Assembly: GCA_000388065.2 (NCBI GenBank)
Contig: KB932201.1
DNA: 64,000 nt
Strand: one strand, 5' to 3'
Source of the DNA: Fonticula alba ATCC 38817
Taxonomy: Eukaryota; Protista; Nucleariida
The position numbers and the translations under genes were made by a program. The first letter of the stretch is position 1. Each line of letters opens with the position of its first letter. This document shows positions 35,581-47,923 of the stretch, one piece after another. Below the pieces are notes generated by a model. It saw nothing but the letters and a program-made list of their open reading frames with translations, made no database searches and was not told the origin of the DNA.

Positions 35581-36420
35581 GTGGTCCACGAAAACAAAGC
35601 ACAACGAGGCATCGAAAAGGGCGTTCGCTCGAGCCGGCCCGTTTTAGCAGCCCCCCCCCCGCTCGCCACCGCCCCGCCAGCTGGCCCTCGTTGCCGACCC
35701 ACCCCGGCCCTCGCCGGCAAATCAGCCAGGCCAGGGGAGTCTAGATTGAAAAAGAGGACACCCGTACCACCATATGGACATGTGACGTGATAGGGTGATC
35801 GCCCCCGCTACTGCGGGTGTCTTAGGGTCCGCGAGGAAAAGACCAATGCGGCTGGGCCGGGTGAAAAGGAGGCAACGATCGCCGCGCCCACGTACACACG
35901 GCCAGAAGAGAACTCTGCAAACGTTCGGCAGGGAGAGAGGGAGAGAGGGCATACACATTCGCGTGTGTATAGGTGGTATATTACACTGTGCTGTACGCCA
36001 GCAGATGAGCACAGAGGGTCGAAAGGGAGGAAGCGAGGTTGCCCTCCAGACTCCCCTTGGCTCCCTCTTCTCGTGCACATGTGCCCGATCCCTCCCGCCC
36101 CCTCCAGAAAAAAAAGAGGGGAGGGGAAACAGAGGGACATGTGCCCAAACAGGCGACATCGGAGAAAGACAAGGACGGGGGTGCGCATGGCAGCGCGATG
36201 GTGGCGGTGGCGGTGGCGGCGCCAGGGTGAGGAGGGAGGACGAGGAGGAGGCGCGAGAAAGATCTGCCAGCAGGATGGGAAGCACGCGGAGGGGCACATC
36301 TCGCGGATGGACTTTCCCCCCTCTTGCCTGCCGTTCTCGGCCCCGAATCTCCACCCTCGCCCCTCCTCCAGAAGGGTAGCAGGGGGGAGGGGTGGGGAAA
36401 GAGAGAGAGAGAAGAGTGGA

Positions 36421-38100
36421 CTAGAACCGCCTGAAGTCCATGTAGTCCTGGATGCGGCTGATGGTCCGCCAGACCGACTCCTCATGATTGCGCAGGTATT
36501 CCGACCGGAGGAAGAAGAAGAAGCACAGGACGCCAACAATGGCACCGGAGTAGAGGATGTCCAGCCAGCTGGCGAAGAAGATGATGCACGGAGACCCCCC
36601 CGGAGCCGAGAGGGGCAGGATAAGCTCGGCCCAGATGGACGACGGGAAGGTCATGAAAAGGGTGAGCAGGAATCCCACGACCAGCAGGATCTTGGCATTG
36701 GTGGTCGGAGTGAAGGAGGCATCGGTGATGGCGGCGCTGGTGGCGGCCGACCGGCCAGTCGGGCCAACGCCACGCCCATTCCCGAGAGAGTTGTACAGGA
36801 CCGTGGAGTCCCCACCGCGGCAAGTGGCAAAGAGTCCATGCGGCGAAGTGGTAATGATGTATGTCAGGACCAGTGCCGGCATACGCAGGAGGATGCACGA
36901 CCCGAAGAAGAACCAGTAGTAGGGGGGCTCATTCTTGAATGTCCTGGATACGAGCACATCCGCAAAGGAGGGAGGGGGAAAAGCAGGAGGTGGGGCATGC
37001 GTCAGAAAAGCCCAGATCCGGGGCCGATGGAGACAAAAAAAGCAGGGGGGGAAACGAGGGAGGAAGACAGCAGGCCCGCTGCCCCGGCCCCCCCCCCCCC
37101 CCCACCCGCCCGACGGCCAAGAACGTACACATTCAGGTAGGCAGCCACCAGAAAGACCACGAAGAGGAAAAAGTACAGGGTCTCCCAGCTGAGGAAGTAG
37201 GTGCGGAAGAGATAGGAGACCTGGTGCATCAGACCGGAGGATGGCTGTCCGGAGAAGTCGCCCGGCCCGGCGGCCGCATAGGGGGCGTAGTCCGGGTGCT
37301 GGCCATCCGAGTGGTGGTTGTTCACCGGGGCGTAATCATTGTAGGACGAGGGCCCGAGGGAGGGGTTCTTACCGGCGAAGACGCCGGACGCCGAGTCGGG
37401 ACTGGTGTTGCCCGACCGATAGTGGTATTGGTAGCCCAGAGTCAAGGCCAGAGCCAGGGCGCCGAAGCCATCCAGCACGAGCGACGTGAAGAAGAGGGCC
37501 ATATTCAGAGTGGAGCTATCTTCCACGATGTCCATGCTGTAGCGGATGGCCTCGATGATGGCGCTGTGCGTGTGGGTGCATTTGGTGCTGGTGGTCAGGC
37601 ACATGTGCGGGCGCGGGCGCGGGCGCGAGCGAGCGGGAATGCAGGCGGGCGAGCAGGTGCGGCAGAGCAGGTGGCCGGACGCACCGCAGGCCGACAACGC
37701 CGAAAAAGAGGGCCCAAAGCGTGTTGTTGTTCTCAGGATAGCGGAAATTCAGGTTGAAGACCACCACGCTGTTGTACTTCCAAATGGTGACGGCCACCAG
37801 GACCGCGCACATGAAGAACATGGTGATGTTCAGGAAGACCACCGTCGGATAGGACATGTGGCCTGGGCAGGGGGGGGGTTGGTAAGTCGGGGGGCGGGGG
37901 AGGGGCAAGAGTCCGGCACATCTGCTTGTGCATGCGCGGAAATGGCGATGCCAGATGAATGAGCGCGTACCCAGAGAAGTGGTATCGGTCGGACAATTTG
38001 GAAGGGGAACACCGCCGATGGGATCAACATAGTTTGAGACAAGGCTTAGAGCAGACCCGGAAATTGCCTGCCCGAGGCCGGAGAGGGCGCTCGCCGCCAT
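36421..38100 (-). CDS. Orphan seven-transmembrane protein, ~421 aa; exons 38100-37971, 37862-37685, 37563-37129, 36943-36421
   Basis: Seven hydrophobic segments: TVVFLNITMFFMCAVLVAVTIW; LWALFFGVVGLRAII; MALFFTSLVLDGFGALALALTLGY; WETLYFFLFVVFLVAAYLNV; YYWFFFGSCILLRMPALVLTYII; ILLVVGFLLTLFMTFPSSIW; IIFFASWLDILYSGAIVGVLCFFFFL. Polar tail RSEYLRNHEESVWRTISRIQDYMDFRRF. Exons sum to 1266 nt. Confidence 0.8.
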
Positions 38101-39649
38101 GGCTGCGGGGGAGTGGATGGAAAGGGAAACAGGAAAGAAGGGAAGAGGGGACGAGGCGGGAGCGAAGAGGAGGGAGCGGCGAGTGGGGAAGGGGCGGAGG
38201 GCAGATGGCGACCAGGGCCAGGGCAATCACGCCGGCCGGGCATGGTATCGGAAAAGGCAGACCCCTCCTCTGCTGGGTGAGGCGGGGGCGGAGCACACTC
38301 TATCGCAATAGAAGAGGCCCCCCCCCCCCCCCCCCCTCGCCTTATCCAAGCCTTAATGTGACAAACCGCCCCGGCCAGAGAGGAGGCCAATCGCGAGCCA
38401 GCCATGTTCCTGTGCCTGTCCTTGTGTGCGCACGCAGCGGGCTTGCCGCCGTCGGCTGACGAAGTGGCTCGTGCGGGTTGTCATGCGAAAAAAAAACGCG
38501 TTAAAAGGGATATTCGAAAATCAGCCCATCACATCCGCTGCCCCGCTCTCCAGGAAAAGGCGCAGTCCGATGGCAGGGGGGGGGGGGGGGGTATCGACTT
38601 GCCTCCTCGTCAATGTCCCCCACTTGTCCCTTCTTCTGCTGCCGCGCTTGGTGTAATACACCCGCCTGTGGCCCGCCCCCCGCCCCCTACCGGGGGAGAC
38701 CCACCGGTCGCGTGGGCTGCCACAAGGGAGCGCTCTCTCGGCCCACCGTCCCGGCCCCACCCGCTCGGCGTCCGGCACCCGACACCCCCTGCTCTCGGCA
38801 TGACCGGCCCCGGGCCGACCGGGCTCGCTGTGACCGCTCTCGTGGCCCTATCCCCCGCCCCCCGCCCCCGCCCCCGCCCCCCCCCCCATCCCCCAGAGCC
38901 CCCCCGGGCAGGGGAACGGCTCAGCCCCCGCTCCCCGGCCCACGTCACTAGAGCGCACCCCACGAGCTTGGGCCTTCTCTCGCTAACGCCCCAAGGCTTG
39001 CCCTTTGATAAGGCTCTGCCCCGGGCGGCACCGGTTTGTTACTGCCGCCCCCCCCCCCCCCCCCCCCACACCACACCACGCAGGCACGCGCACCCCGCCT
39101 CCCCAGTGCTTTCTCGTCACTCCTGGCTGGCAAAGTTGGCCCATCGGTATGAAGGGTGTGGCCCGGGGCCTCCTTGGCGGCCGGCGGGCCTGGTGTACTG
39201 GGGCGGGGCGGGGCGGGGCGGGCTCCAGGCGCGCGGATGCATGTGCGGGGGTCGAGGGCGGGGGGGGGGGCAGAAGACAGACAAGCACATAACAGCCGGC
39301 CATTTCCCACATTGCTGCGGAGAGGTGGGAACTCTTCGGGATATCACGCGCAGGGGTGTGGTCAGGTGTGGCGAAATCACGGCATGCATCCGCTGCCCGC
39401 CACAAAGGTCAATCCCGCCTGTAAAAGGCCCCCGCCCGAGGGTGTTTCACTTCCTCCCCGGAAGGGGCCAGGACAAATGCAGTGACTGTGGTGACATCTC
39501 CTCATCCTGCTTCCATCTCCCTCTTCGCCTCCTCCGCCTGTCCATCCGTCTGCCTGCCTCTATCTCTGCCCTCCTCCCCTTGCCGCGCACCTGCCCTTCC
39601 TGGCCCGCCTCCGCGGTCGAACGCCCNNNNNNNNNNCCGCGGTCGAACG

Positions 39650-39692
<43 letters not shown>

Positions 39693-39726
39693 CCCCCCAC
39701 ACCCCCCCGCCCCCCCCCCCCCCCAG

Positions 39727-42585
39727 TCGTCCCCGCCATCATGGCGAGTGTCCCAATCGACGCTCTCGCGATCGCTGGAGCGCCTGCTCCTCCGGTCCTC
39801 GCCGGAGGATGGTAGCACTGGCCCCGATGCGTCGCTCCTTTTGCAGTCTCTCCAGACAGCCGAGAGCATCCTCATTTTCATCCGGGATATGGAGTGGCGC
39901 GTGTCGACCGGGTCCTTCCCGGCCGAGGCGGCGGCGGCGTATGCCGCAGCGGCGGCCATTAGCCAGGGCGATGAGCCGGCTGAAAGGCCTGCCTCAGCCA
40001 CGGGGGTCACCCTACCTGCCGACCTGCTGGCCATTCGCCCGGGCACGGCACAGTCGCCATCGCGCCCGGATCGGCCACCTCCCTCGCTGGCCGAGGATTA
40101 TATCGTACTTTCGTGTGCCGGATTCAAGCGCCAGTATCGCCTGCTGCCAGTGCCACTTGGCTTTGCTCTCATCCCCACGGAGTATGCCCAAGCAACAGGG
40201 CCCAAGCCCGATATGGTCCTCCTTTCGCCCCAGTCTCGGATACAGGCCGATGCCGGGGCCTCGCGCTTCACCGATCAAGATAGCGTTCTCTGTGGCTGGA
40301 TGGAAAAGCAGGGCGACACGAATAAGGTGTGTCTGTGTGTGCTTTTTGTGAGCCACCGTCGCTTCAAGCTGCCACTTTGTACCTCCCCCCTCCCCTCCCC
40401 GCCGCGCCGCGGCCCGTTCCCTTGATCCTGACTTTGGTGTGCCCTTCTTTTCTGCCCTCTGTCCATGCTCTGGGGGCCGGCCCGCGTGCGCGGGGGGGGG
40501 GGGGGGGTTCGCGAGACAGAAGTTCCGCCGCCGCTGGTTTACCCTCTCCATGGAGACCGGTCTCTTCTCGTATCATCGGGCGCCAGCACGCATGGGCGAT
40601 TACCATTCCATTTACGCCTCGCTGGAGGATCGACCAGCCGATCTTGGTGGCTCCAAGCGGCGGACATCCGGCTCCTGGGCCGCCATGGCGGCCTCCAGCC
40701 CTGGGAATGGCCCGGCCTCGGGTGGCGCCTCCCCCACTGACTGGAATCTCCTCGAGGCTGATGGGCTCCTGTGCCGGGGGTGCACCCGGTCACCGAAGAT
40801 CGCCTCGCTGTACACGCGCCTGCTGACCACGGAATTCATGCTTCCGGCGGTGGCCCTGCTCACATGTGCCGGGTCGGAGGGGCTCTCCCAGCCAAGCGGC
40901 CCGATCACTCGCCACCATACCAAAGCCCTCTCGGGGTCCGGCACGTCGGGCAGTGGTGCCTCTGCCAGTGAAAAGCCCCTTGCCGATGACGCCGCGGACC
41001 ACATCCCGCAGACGGTCCTTTCACATGACACCTCCAGCTTACGAACCATCGACGTCAGCAATGTCCTGAGCGTTCGCCAGGGCTACTTGCCGGATTTGCG
41101 CCAGCGAGCCGGGCAGATCGGGGGCTTCGGTCCCGGGGGCCAGGTTTCCCGTCGGGAGATGCTCCAAGCCGAGACGCGCCTCTACCAGGAGGCCTTCCTT
41201 TCGGCCGGAACGGCCGCCATCAGCATCCAGCCGGTGGATTCGGCCGCCAATTTGCTTCCTCGACTGCCGGTGTCCACCTCCCCGAGCTTTGGTGACTTGT
41301 TCGACATGATGGATCCTCGCGACACTGCTGGCAGGAGCGGCAACACCGGCGGCGAGGGTGATTTAACCGCGGTGGATGCCGACCGACGCACTCCCTCGCC
41401 GGTGTGTTTCGATGGGGACGAGGAGGATGGCGGCCACTGCCTCCCCCTCTCCGGGGAGACCTTCCTGGATGATACAGATGGCTCGTCAGATGAAATGCCC
41501 GACATGCCGCATGGCGGCTCCTCGAGCGCGGCCCTTAGTGCGTCACACCGGAGCCGTGCTTCTTTTTTATCCACCTGCACCCATTTCCCTGCTTGCATGC
41601 CGATGCCGTGGCTGCCGCCCCCACCACTGACAAAAGGATGCCGCCTGACGGCTTTTGTCCTGGGTGCAGCTGTCCCGGCCCGGGAGGAGCCTCCGCTACA
41701 GCATCGGCATCTGTATCTTTTCATCGAGACACCCGGGCGCGTGTTTGTCCTGCATGCGCCATCTCCCTCGGCGCATGCAGTTTGGTACTCGGCTCTGATG
41801 AATGTGATTGCTTCCAAGGAGACACCCATTTATTCGGGCTGGCTGTTCAAGCGCTCAAAGTATGGTTGGGTGTGTACCTTTCACGTTGCCGACATCCTTC
41901 TGTCTCTATCTGTCCCGCTCGCTCTCCCGCTCGCCCTCTTTGCCTCCCTCTCGCCCGCCCTCTCTCTCTCTCTCTCTCTCTCTCTCGCTTGCTCGCCTTC
42001 TCTCTCTCTACCTCCCCCCCCTCCTCTTTGCCTCGCCCATGGCCACCTCTCTCCCTCTTGTGCTCTCACGCGTGGCTCTTTTTCCGTCGGGGAACTGACT
42101 CTTGCGCTCTCCTGTCTGGCATTGTAATTTCCCCTCGAATGCGTGTGTGTGTGTGTAGGGTTGGAAGAAACGCTGGGCAGTCCTGCGTGGCCGCCAGGCC
42201 TTTTTCTATCGTCAGATTGATGTACGCGCTTGGCCGAATCCACGCACTCACTTGCATGTGCTTCTGAGCGCACGCGCACACACTCACACACACACATGGC
42301 CCATGCTTACCTCCTTATTCCCTCTGTGGCCGCTCCCGTCGACAGAAAACCCACGTCGGCCAACTTCGCAGTCGAGTCGAGCTGCGCACTTGCACCCTGG
42401 CCGAAGGGCTCCCCTCTGGGCCAACCGGCCGGGCTCACCAATTCCGCTTGGTTTTCCAGGACGGCAGACAGCTCATCCTGGCGGCTCCGTGTGCGGCCTC
42501 CCGGCGGGACTGGCTGTCGGCCATCACCTACCATCCCTCATACCGGCCGAATCACTTCAGTGTCATTGAGGGAGAATACTACTGA
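39727..42585 (+). CDS. Tandem PH-domain protein (first PH domain split by long inserts), at least 706 aa, start codon unresolved; exons <39727-40326, 40520-41537, 41670-41869, 42159-42221, 42346-42585
   Basis: PH1: LCGWMEKQGDTNK/KFRRRWFTL..LFSYHR, later RTIDVSNV, then LFIETPGRVFVLHAPSPSAHAVWYSALMNV. PH2: YSGWLFKRSKYGW/GWKKRWAVLRG..FFYR../..HQFRLVFQDGRQLILAAPCAASRRDWLSAI. The last two exons are not visible in the ORF track. The 5' end lies next to a gap and a poly-C tract. Confidence 0.8.
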
Positions 42586-44113
42586 CCTGCATGGACAATA
42601 TACGCACGTGTCAGCCCGCCCCACAGCTCGGACGCGGGGAGGGTGGGATCCTTGGCGCGGGAGGGACGACAAGGAGAGGGGGCGGCGATGCGACAGGCTG
42701 GCTGGTAGTTGGAAGTGGTGCAGGGGGTGAAGACGGGAGGGGAGGGGGGGCGGGGCGTTTTCTGTCTTCTGCGTTTGGGGGGGGGGGGGGGGGGATGCCA
42801 AAACTGGCCATCATCTAACGTCGGCTGACGGACGCGGGACCCCTGGGCACCTGAGGGTGCCAAGCTGGGGGGCTTCCTCTTCCGGAGGGGGGGGCCTCCG
42901 GGCCTGTGGTCGAGTTGGGCCCACCCACCCCGGGGCCCCGCCCCGGGGGGGGGGGGGGGGGGGGGGGGCAGGTGCACACACACACACACACACACACACG
43001 GACAGGTGGGGGCAGGCCCTCGCACGGGTGACACAGCCTGGAGCGGCGTGTGACCGCACACGGCCCTCGGCGTGTGGAAGAGGCAGCTCCTCCACACGCC
43101 GGCCCGCCACGCCGGGAGGGGGGTGGACTGGAAAACTGCCCGATCAATGGGCCTGGCCCCCTGGCTGAGCCGCGAGACACATGCTTGGCCCCTTGGCGCG
43201 GCGGCACATGTACATGCGCGCGTGCCTCCGCAGTGCGCGCAGTCAGCGGAAGGGGCGGGCCGAGAAGTGGGCAGGAGTGAATCAAAATAAACAAAACGCT
43301 GGGGGACACTCACGCGGGAGGTGTACCCGGAACGGGGCAGCATCTGGGCGTGTGTGCGTGTGTGTGTGTGTTGTGTGCATGTACGTGCTGGTGTGTACGT
43401 GTGTCCTTGTCGGGCGTCTCCCTCGAAAAAGCCATATGACCGGAGAGAGGCCCCTCCCATTTGGGTATATACGGGGGGGGGGGGACTATTTTTGGTCATT
43501 TATTCCTCCTCCCTGGCCATCCGCGCTGCCCGGAGCCGGCGGGCGGCGCCGGACAGCATACTTCATTTTCCTCCCGGCCCTCGGTCCTGGCGGCCCGGGG
43601 CCGCGCCGCCTCAATGCCCGCCACCCTGGGCCATCATCTCCTGGCTGTGTGGTGGTGTTGTGTGCCTGCCCTTTGTTGGTCACTGGCGCGGGGGACGCCC
43701 GATCGCGACCAGGTCCGAGCACTGGCGGGCCCGCGGGGCTGTCAAGGTTGCTTTCCCCATACGGCCAAGGGAGTCCCAACGCCCGGGTCCCGCCCGCGGG
43801 GCCTGCCTGGGCGGGGGGCACAACCGATGACAGAATCCCCCCGGGCCAGCAGGATGGTGGATTGTTTTTTACCCTCGTTCTCCCTCGCGCCTCTCCCCCG
43901 TCCTGGACCCTCAACACTGGTTGTCTGACTCGCCCGCCCGCGCCCACGCCCCCCATCCGGCCCCAATGCTGCGGGGCATCCTGGACGGGCGTTGTCTGGA
44001 GCGGCCAGCCTGCTCCGATGAGCCAGACCATGATACCCAATCAGGCATGGCACTGTTTCAGGGGCCCTCGGGAGTGACTCCCGGGCCTCCTCCGCATGCG
44101 TCGTACGTGCTTG

Positions 44114-44145
<32 letters not shown>

Positions 44146-46304
44146 ATGTGTATGCGGTTCTCCTCGGCAATTGGGCATATTTTCGCCGGGTAAACACGCT
44201 CAAGGGGGAAAACCTGCCCAAGGCCCGGCCTGGGGCCGGGCCTGTCCCGCAATTGATCCGTCCGCCCATGCCGCCCCCCCCCCCCCCCGCCCCCTGCTCC
44301 CGTCCGGGAGCGGGTGTCGCGTGCTTCATTGCGGCAAGGGCGGCCAGCCGGCCCGTGAGCACACGCACCACCCATGAAAGTGTGTGTGTGTGTGTGTGTG
44401 TGGCTGGCGCGTGCATGTGTGTGTGCGTGTGTCTGTTAACCTCTTGCCGCGGTGTGTTTCGGGGCTGCCCCAACCCTAGTGTCAGGCTTACCCTCCCCGA
44501 TTTGCGCCGGTGAACGGCGCCTGCACCGGGGGAGGGCTGGGCACTCCTTTTCCCGGGGGCGCGGCCGCCCCGGTGCCTAGTGAGGGGCGCACGCACGGAC
44601 GCACGCGCGCAGGTGCCATCTGATTGTCGTCTTCCCCTGCCGCCGCCCCCCGATCAGCCGGAGGGTGAGTTTTCAATGGTCGCAACCCCGGTTCACAGGC
44701 AGGTGCCAATCCGGCGTCGGCTCCTGCGTGCCCGGGCGCCGGCATCCCAGAGGACCACCCCCGCGCGGGCGCTCGTCGCCGGGACCAGCCGGGGACAGGT
44801 CGCTGGGAACCGCTTGCCCAACCGGGAAAAGGCCACCTTTTTTCTTCAGGTCAGCCTGCGCCCGGGGGCAGGGGGGGGGGGGGGAGCCAGTCGAGGGATG
44901 GTTCCGGGAGAATGCCCCGCCGCGGCCGGCGCGCAGGTGGCTCACACGCGCGCGCCGGACCAAGGTGTCCGCCGACTCCGGCAGACAAAAAATACCGCTG
45001 GCGCCATCTCTCGCTCCCTGGGGCTCGGGGGGGGGGGGGGGGTCACCATCTCCGCGTTTATCGACGTTGAAGGGCCCGTTCCCAGAACCCCGCCACAGAT
45101 GCCCGATTGGTAAAGGATCCCTCCCCCCCGCCCCCGGCGGCGGCGCGAGGATACCGCCCGAGGTCTTTTATGTTCCTCCAGGCCCCCCCCCCCCTGGGCA
45201 CTTGGCCCAGCGTGTGCACTCGCACACGGATGCGGACATGAGCACCCCCCACGCACGCATCCGGGTACTCAGGCATGAGGGATGCCCGGGCACTGTTCGG
45301 GCTCCATCGTCTTCCTTTCTGTCTCCTTCGTTCTCTTGCCCTCTCTGGCCCCCCCCCCCCCCCCCCTCCGTCCCAGGGGCCGGACAGGGAGAGAGGGAGA
45401 CGCTGCACCCCACCGCGGCATGTCCCGCTCGCGACGGTGGATCGTCCACAAAAGGCACGCGGCATACGGCGCTCCCCCGCCCCCCGGAACCAAAGGCCTT
45501 TGGCTGTGTGGGTGGTGTACGCGGCCCAGTCGGCGTGTGCCGTGGCCCTTTCCGGGCAGGCCCAAGGCCAGGAGCGAGCCAGCGGCCGGGGGGAGTGGGG
45601 GGGGAGGGGGGGGGGGGGGGGACATGCTCCTTCTCCCTTGGGCATTTCTTTAGCCCAGGCCCTCCCCTCGTGTGCGAGCCCGGCGCATGCCCCCATTCCT
45701 TCTTGTCCCAGCTTGTATAGACAGCCGAAGGGTGAGAGCGTGAGAGGGAAACCCCCCCACCCCGGCCCCCCCCCCCCTTCCGGGCAGCACAATCGGCCAC
45801 CGGCCTCGCGAAGGGGCCGCGGTGGAGGAGGATCTTCTTGAACGGACGGCTGTGNNNNNNNNNNNNNNNNNNNNNNNNNNNNNNNNNNNNNNNNNNNNNN
45901 NNNNNNNNNNNNNNNNNNNNNNNNNNNNNNNNNNNNNNNNNNNNNNNNNNNNNNNNNNNNNNNNNNNNNNNNNNNNNNNNNNNNNNNNNNNNNNNNNNNN
46001 NNNNNNNNNNNNNNNNNNNNNNNNNNNNNNNNNNNNNNNNNNNNNNNNNNNNNNNNNNNNNNNNNNNNNNNNNNNNNNNNNNNNNNNNNNNNNNNNNNNN
46101 NNNNNNNNNNNNNNNNNNNNNNNNNNNNNNNNNNNNNNNNNNNNNNNNNNNNNNNNNNNNNNNNNNNNNNNNNNNNNNNNNNNNNNNNNNNNNNNNNNNN
46201 NNNNNNNNNNNNNNNCCCCCCGCCGCTGCTTCCTCCCCGGCCAGAGCTCTTGCCGTTTGCCGACGCCCGCTTCCGCCCACACAGCAGCAGCTCAACTGCC
46301 TACG

Positions 46305-47165
46305 ATGTACCCGCCTGCCGGGTTCAACACCCCTCTGGACCGCCGGTCAGACAGCCACTCCGTCCCCCTGGCATACTATGCGCACCGCAAGCCTGCTGAA
46401 GATCCGAATCAGGCCTATTTGACCATGCTGCAGATGCAGCAGCACCAATACCAGCAGCAGGCCAAGCATGCGCAGTCATCGCCGGCCATGGGCTTCACCG
46501 GTGGGCCAGCCTATGCCCCGAATGTCAGCGCCATCCCCACGGTCGGATACTCTCACATCCAGGCCATCCCCCCGCCGCATCATGCGCAGATGGGACCACC
46601 GGCCGGGCAAATGTACCCGCCCATGAATCCGGTGACAGCTGCCGCAGCGGCGGCCGCGGCGGCCGCCGCGGCCGCCGCCTACAGCATGCATGCTCCGCCG
46701 CCTGGTGGTGCCCCCCCGGGCGCCCCCGCTGGCGCTCGGCCAGTGACTCTTTCTCGTGTTTCTACTTCTTCCACCATGGAAGGGCCAGCCATGGCTCCCC
46801 CCGGGCACCATGGAGTAAGTCGTTCCTCGGCTGGCCAGGAGCACGCCTCAGCCGCGTATCATGCCAATGCCGTCCACCGGTCCTCCCTGGGCCACGAGGT
46901 TCGTCTCACCATGTTCCTCTCTTTCCCCCACTTGCCGGCTGCCCCGCTGCTGACACTCACTCCCATGGCATCCCTCCCTCCCTCCTCTCCTCTCCTCCAT
47001 CGTAGGCCGAGTCCGCCCTCCTCCGTGCCTTTGCTTCCAGTGATGCGTACGTTCACCGATGTCTTCTTCTTCTTCTTCTTCTTCTTCTTCTTCCCCAGGG
47101 GACCCACCAAGTAGATCGTCTGCAAGCTGCATTTCTGGCTGTTTTCCTTCCCCCTCGCTCTCTCG

Positions 47166-47196
<31 letters not shown>

Positions 47197-47923
47197 CCTC
47201 CTCGACTCCCCCCCCTGACCTGTCCTATTTTTCCCCCTGCCGCCTGTCAGCGATCGTAACGGTCAAATATCGACCGAGGAGCTGCAAGCCTCCCTCGGAC
47301 TCCTGGGCCCGGCCATCCCTGGCGCGCCGCCACTTTCACACCAAACCTGCCGGCTGATGATCCGCCTGTATGATCTCGAACGGACAGGAACCATCAACTT
47401 CGGCGAGTTCTCCGCCCTTTGGCGGCATGTGCGCGACTGGAGTCATGAGTTCCAGAAATACGACCACGACCGGTCATTCTGCATCGACCGCGAGGACCTG
47501 AGCTCCGCCTTGCAGGGGCTCGGTTACACCCTGAGCCAGGCCTTCGTGCGGATGGTCGTTTCGCGCTATGACACCGCCTGCGCACAGACCGTCTCCCTGG
47601 ACAACTTCATTCAGATCTGCCTCATCATTCAGCGGTTGACCAATGAGTTCCGCAAGTTCGACACCAAGAAGGTGCGCACATCCGCCCTGCCGCGCGCGCA
47701 CCCATTGCTGCGCACTTCCCCACGCCTTCCCCTCCCCTCTACACACTTGGAGCCCGCTCTCCCACTTCTCTCCCTGTCCTCCTTCGGATTTTTCATGCTC
47801 ACACACACACACACACGCTCCCATGCCCGGAATTTCCTGTCTCCCCTCCCCCGATGTTAGAATGGCTGGGCAAACTTCCCATACGAGCAGTTTCTGTGGG
47901 TCTTCTTCGACATGCTGGGCTGA
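46305..47923 (+). CDS. PEF1: Penta-EF-hand Ca2+-binding protein (peflin/ALG-2/Pef1 family), ~372 aa, with a long P/A/Q/Y-rich N-terminus; exons 46305-46898, 47006-47046, 47251-47671, 47861-47923
   Basis: EF1 DADRNGQISTEEL is reconstituted across a 41-nt exon. EF2 DLERTGTINFGEFSALW, EF3 FQKYDHDRSFCIDREDLSSALQGLGY, EF4 YDTACAQTVSLDNFIQICLIIQRLTNEFRKFDT, EF5 KKNGWANFPYEQFL. Exons sum to 1119 nt. An upstream exon inside the 45855-46215 gap cannot be excluded. Confidence 0.9.

Noticed and set aside
35780-35792. TGACGTGA (CRE/CLEAR-like) upstream of V-ATPase D
   Set aside because: A single imperfect 8-mer about 1.5 kb from the ATG, which is not distinguishable from background.
18573-47923. CHMP5, V-ATPase D and the ALG-2-like PEF protein as an endolysosomal gene cluster
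   Set aside because: They are spread over 30 kb with unrelated genes between them, which is compatible with chance in a eukaryotic genome.
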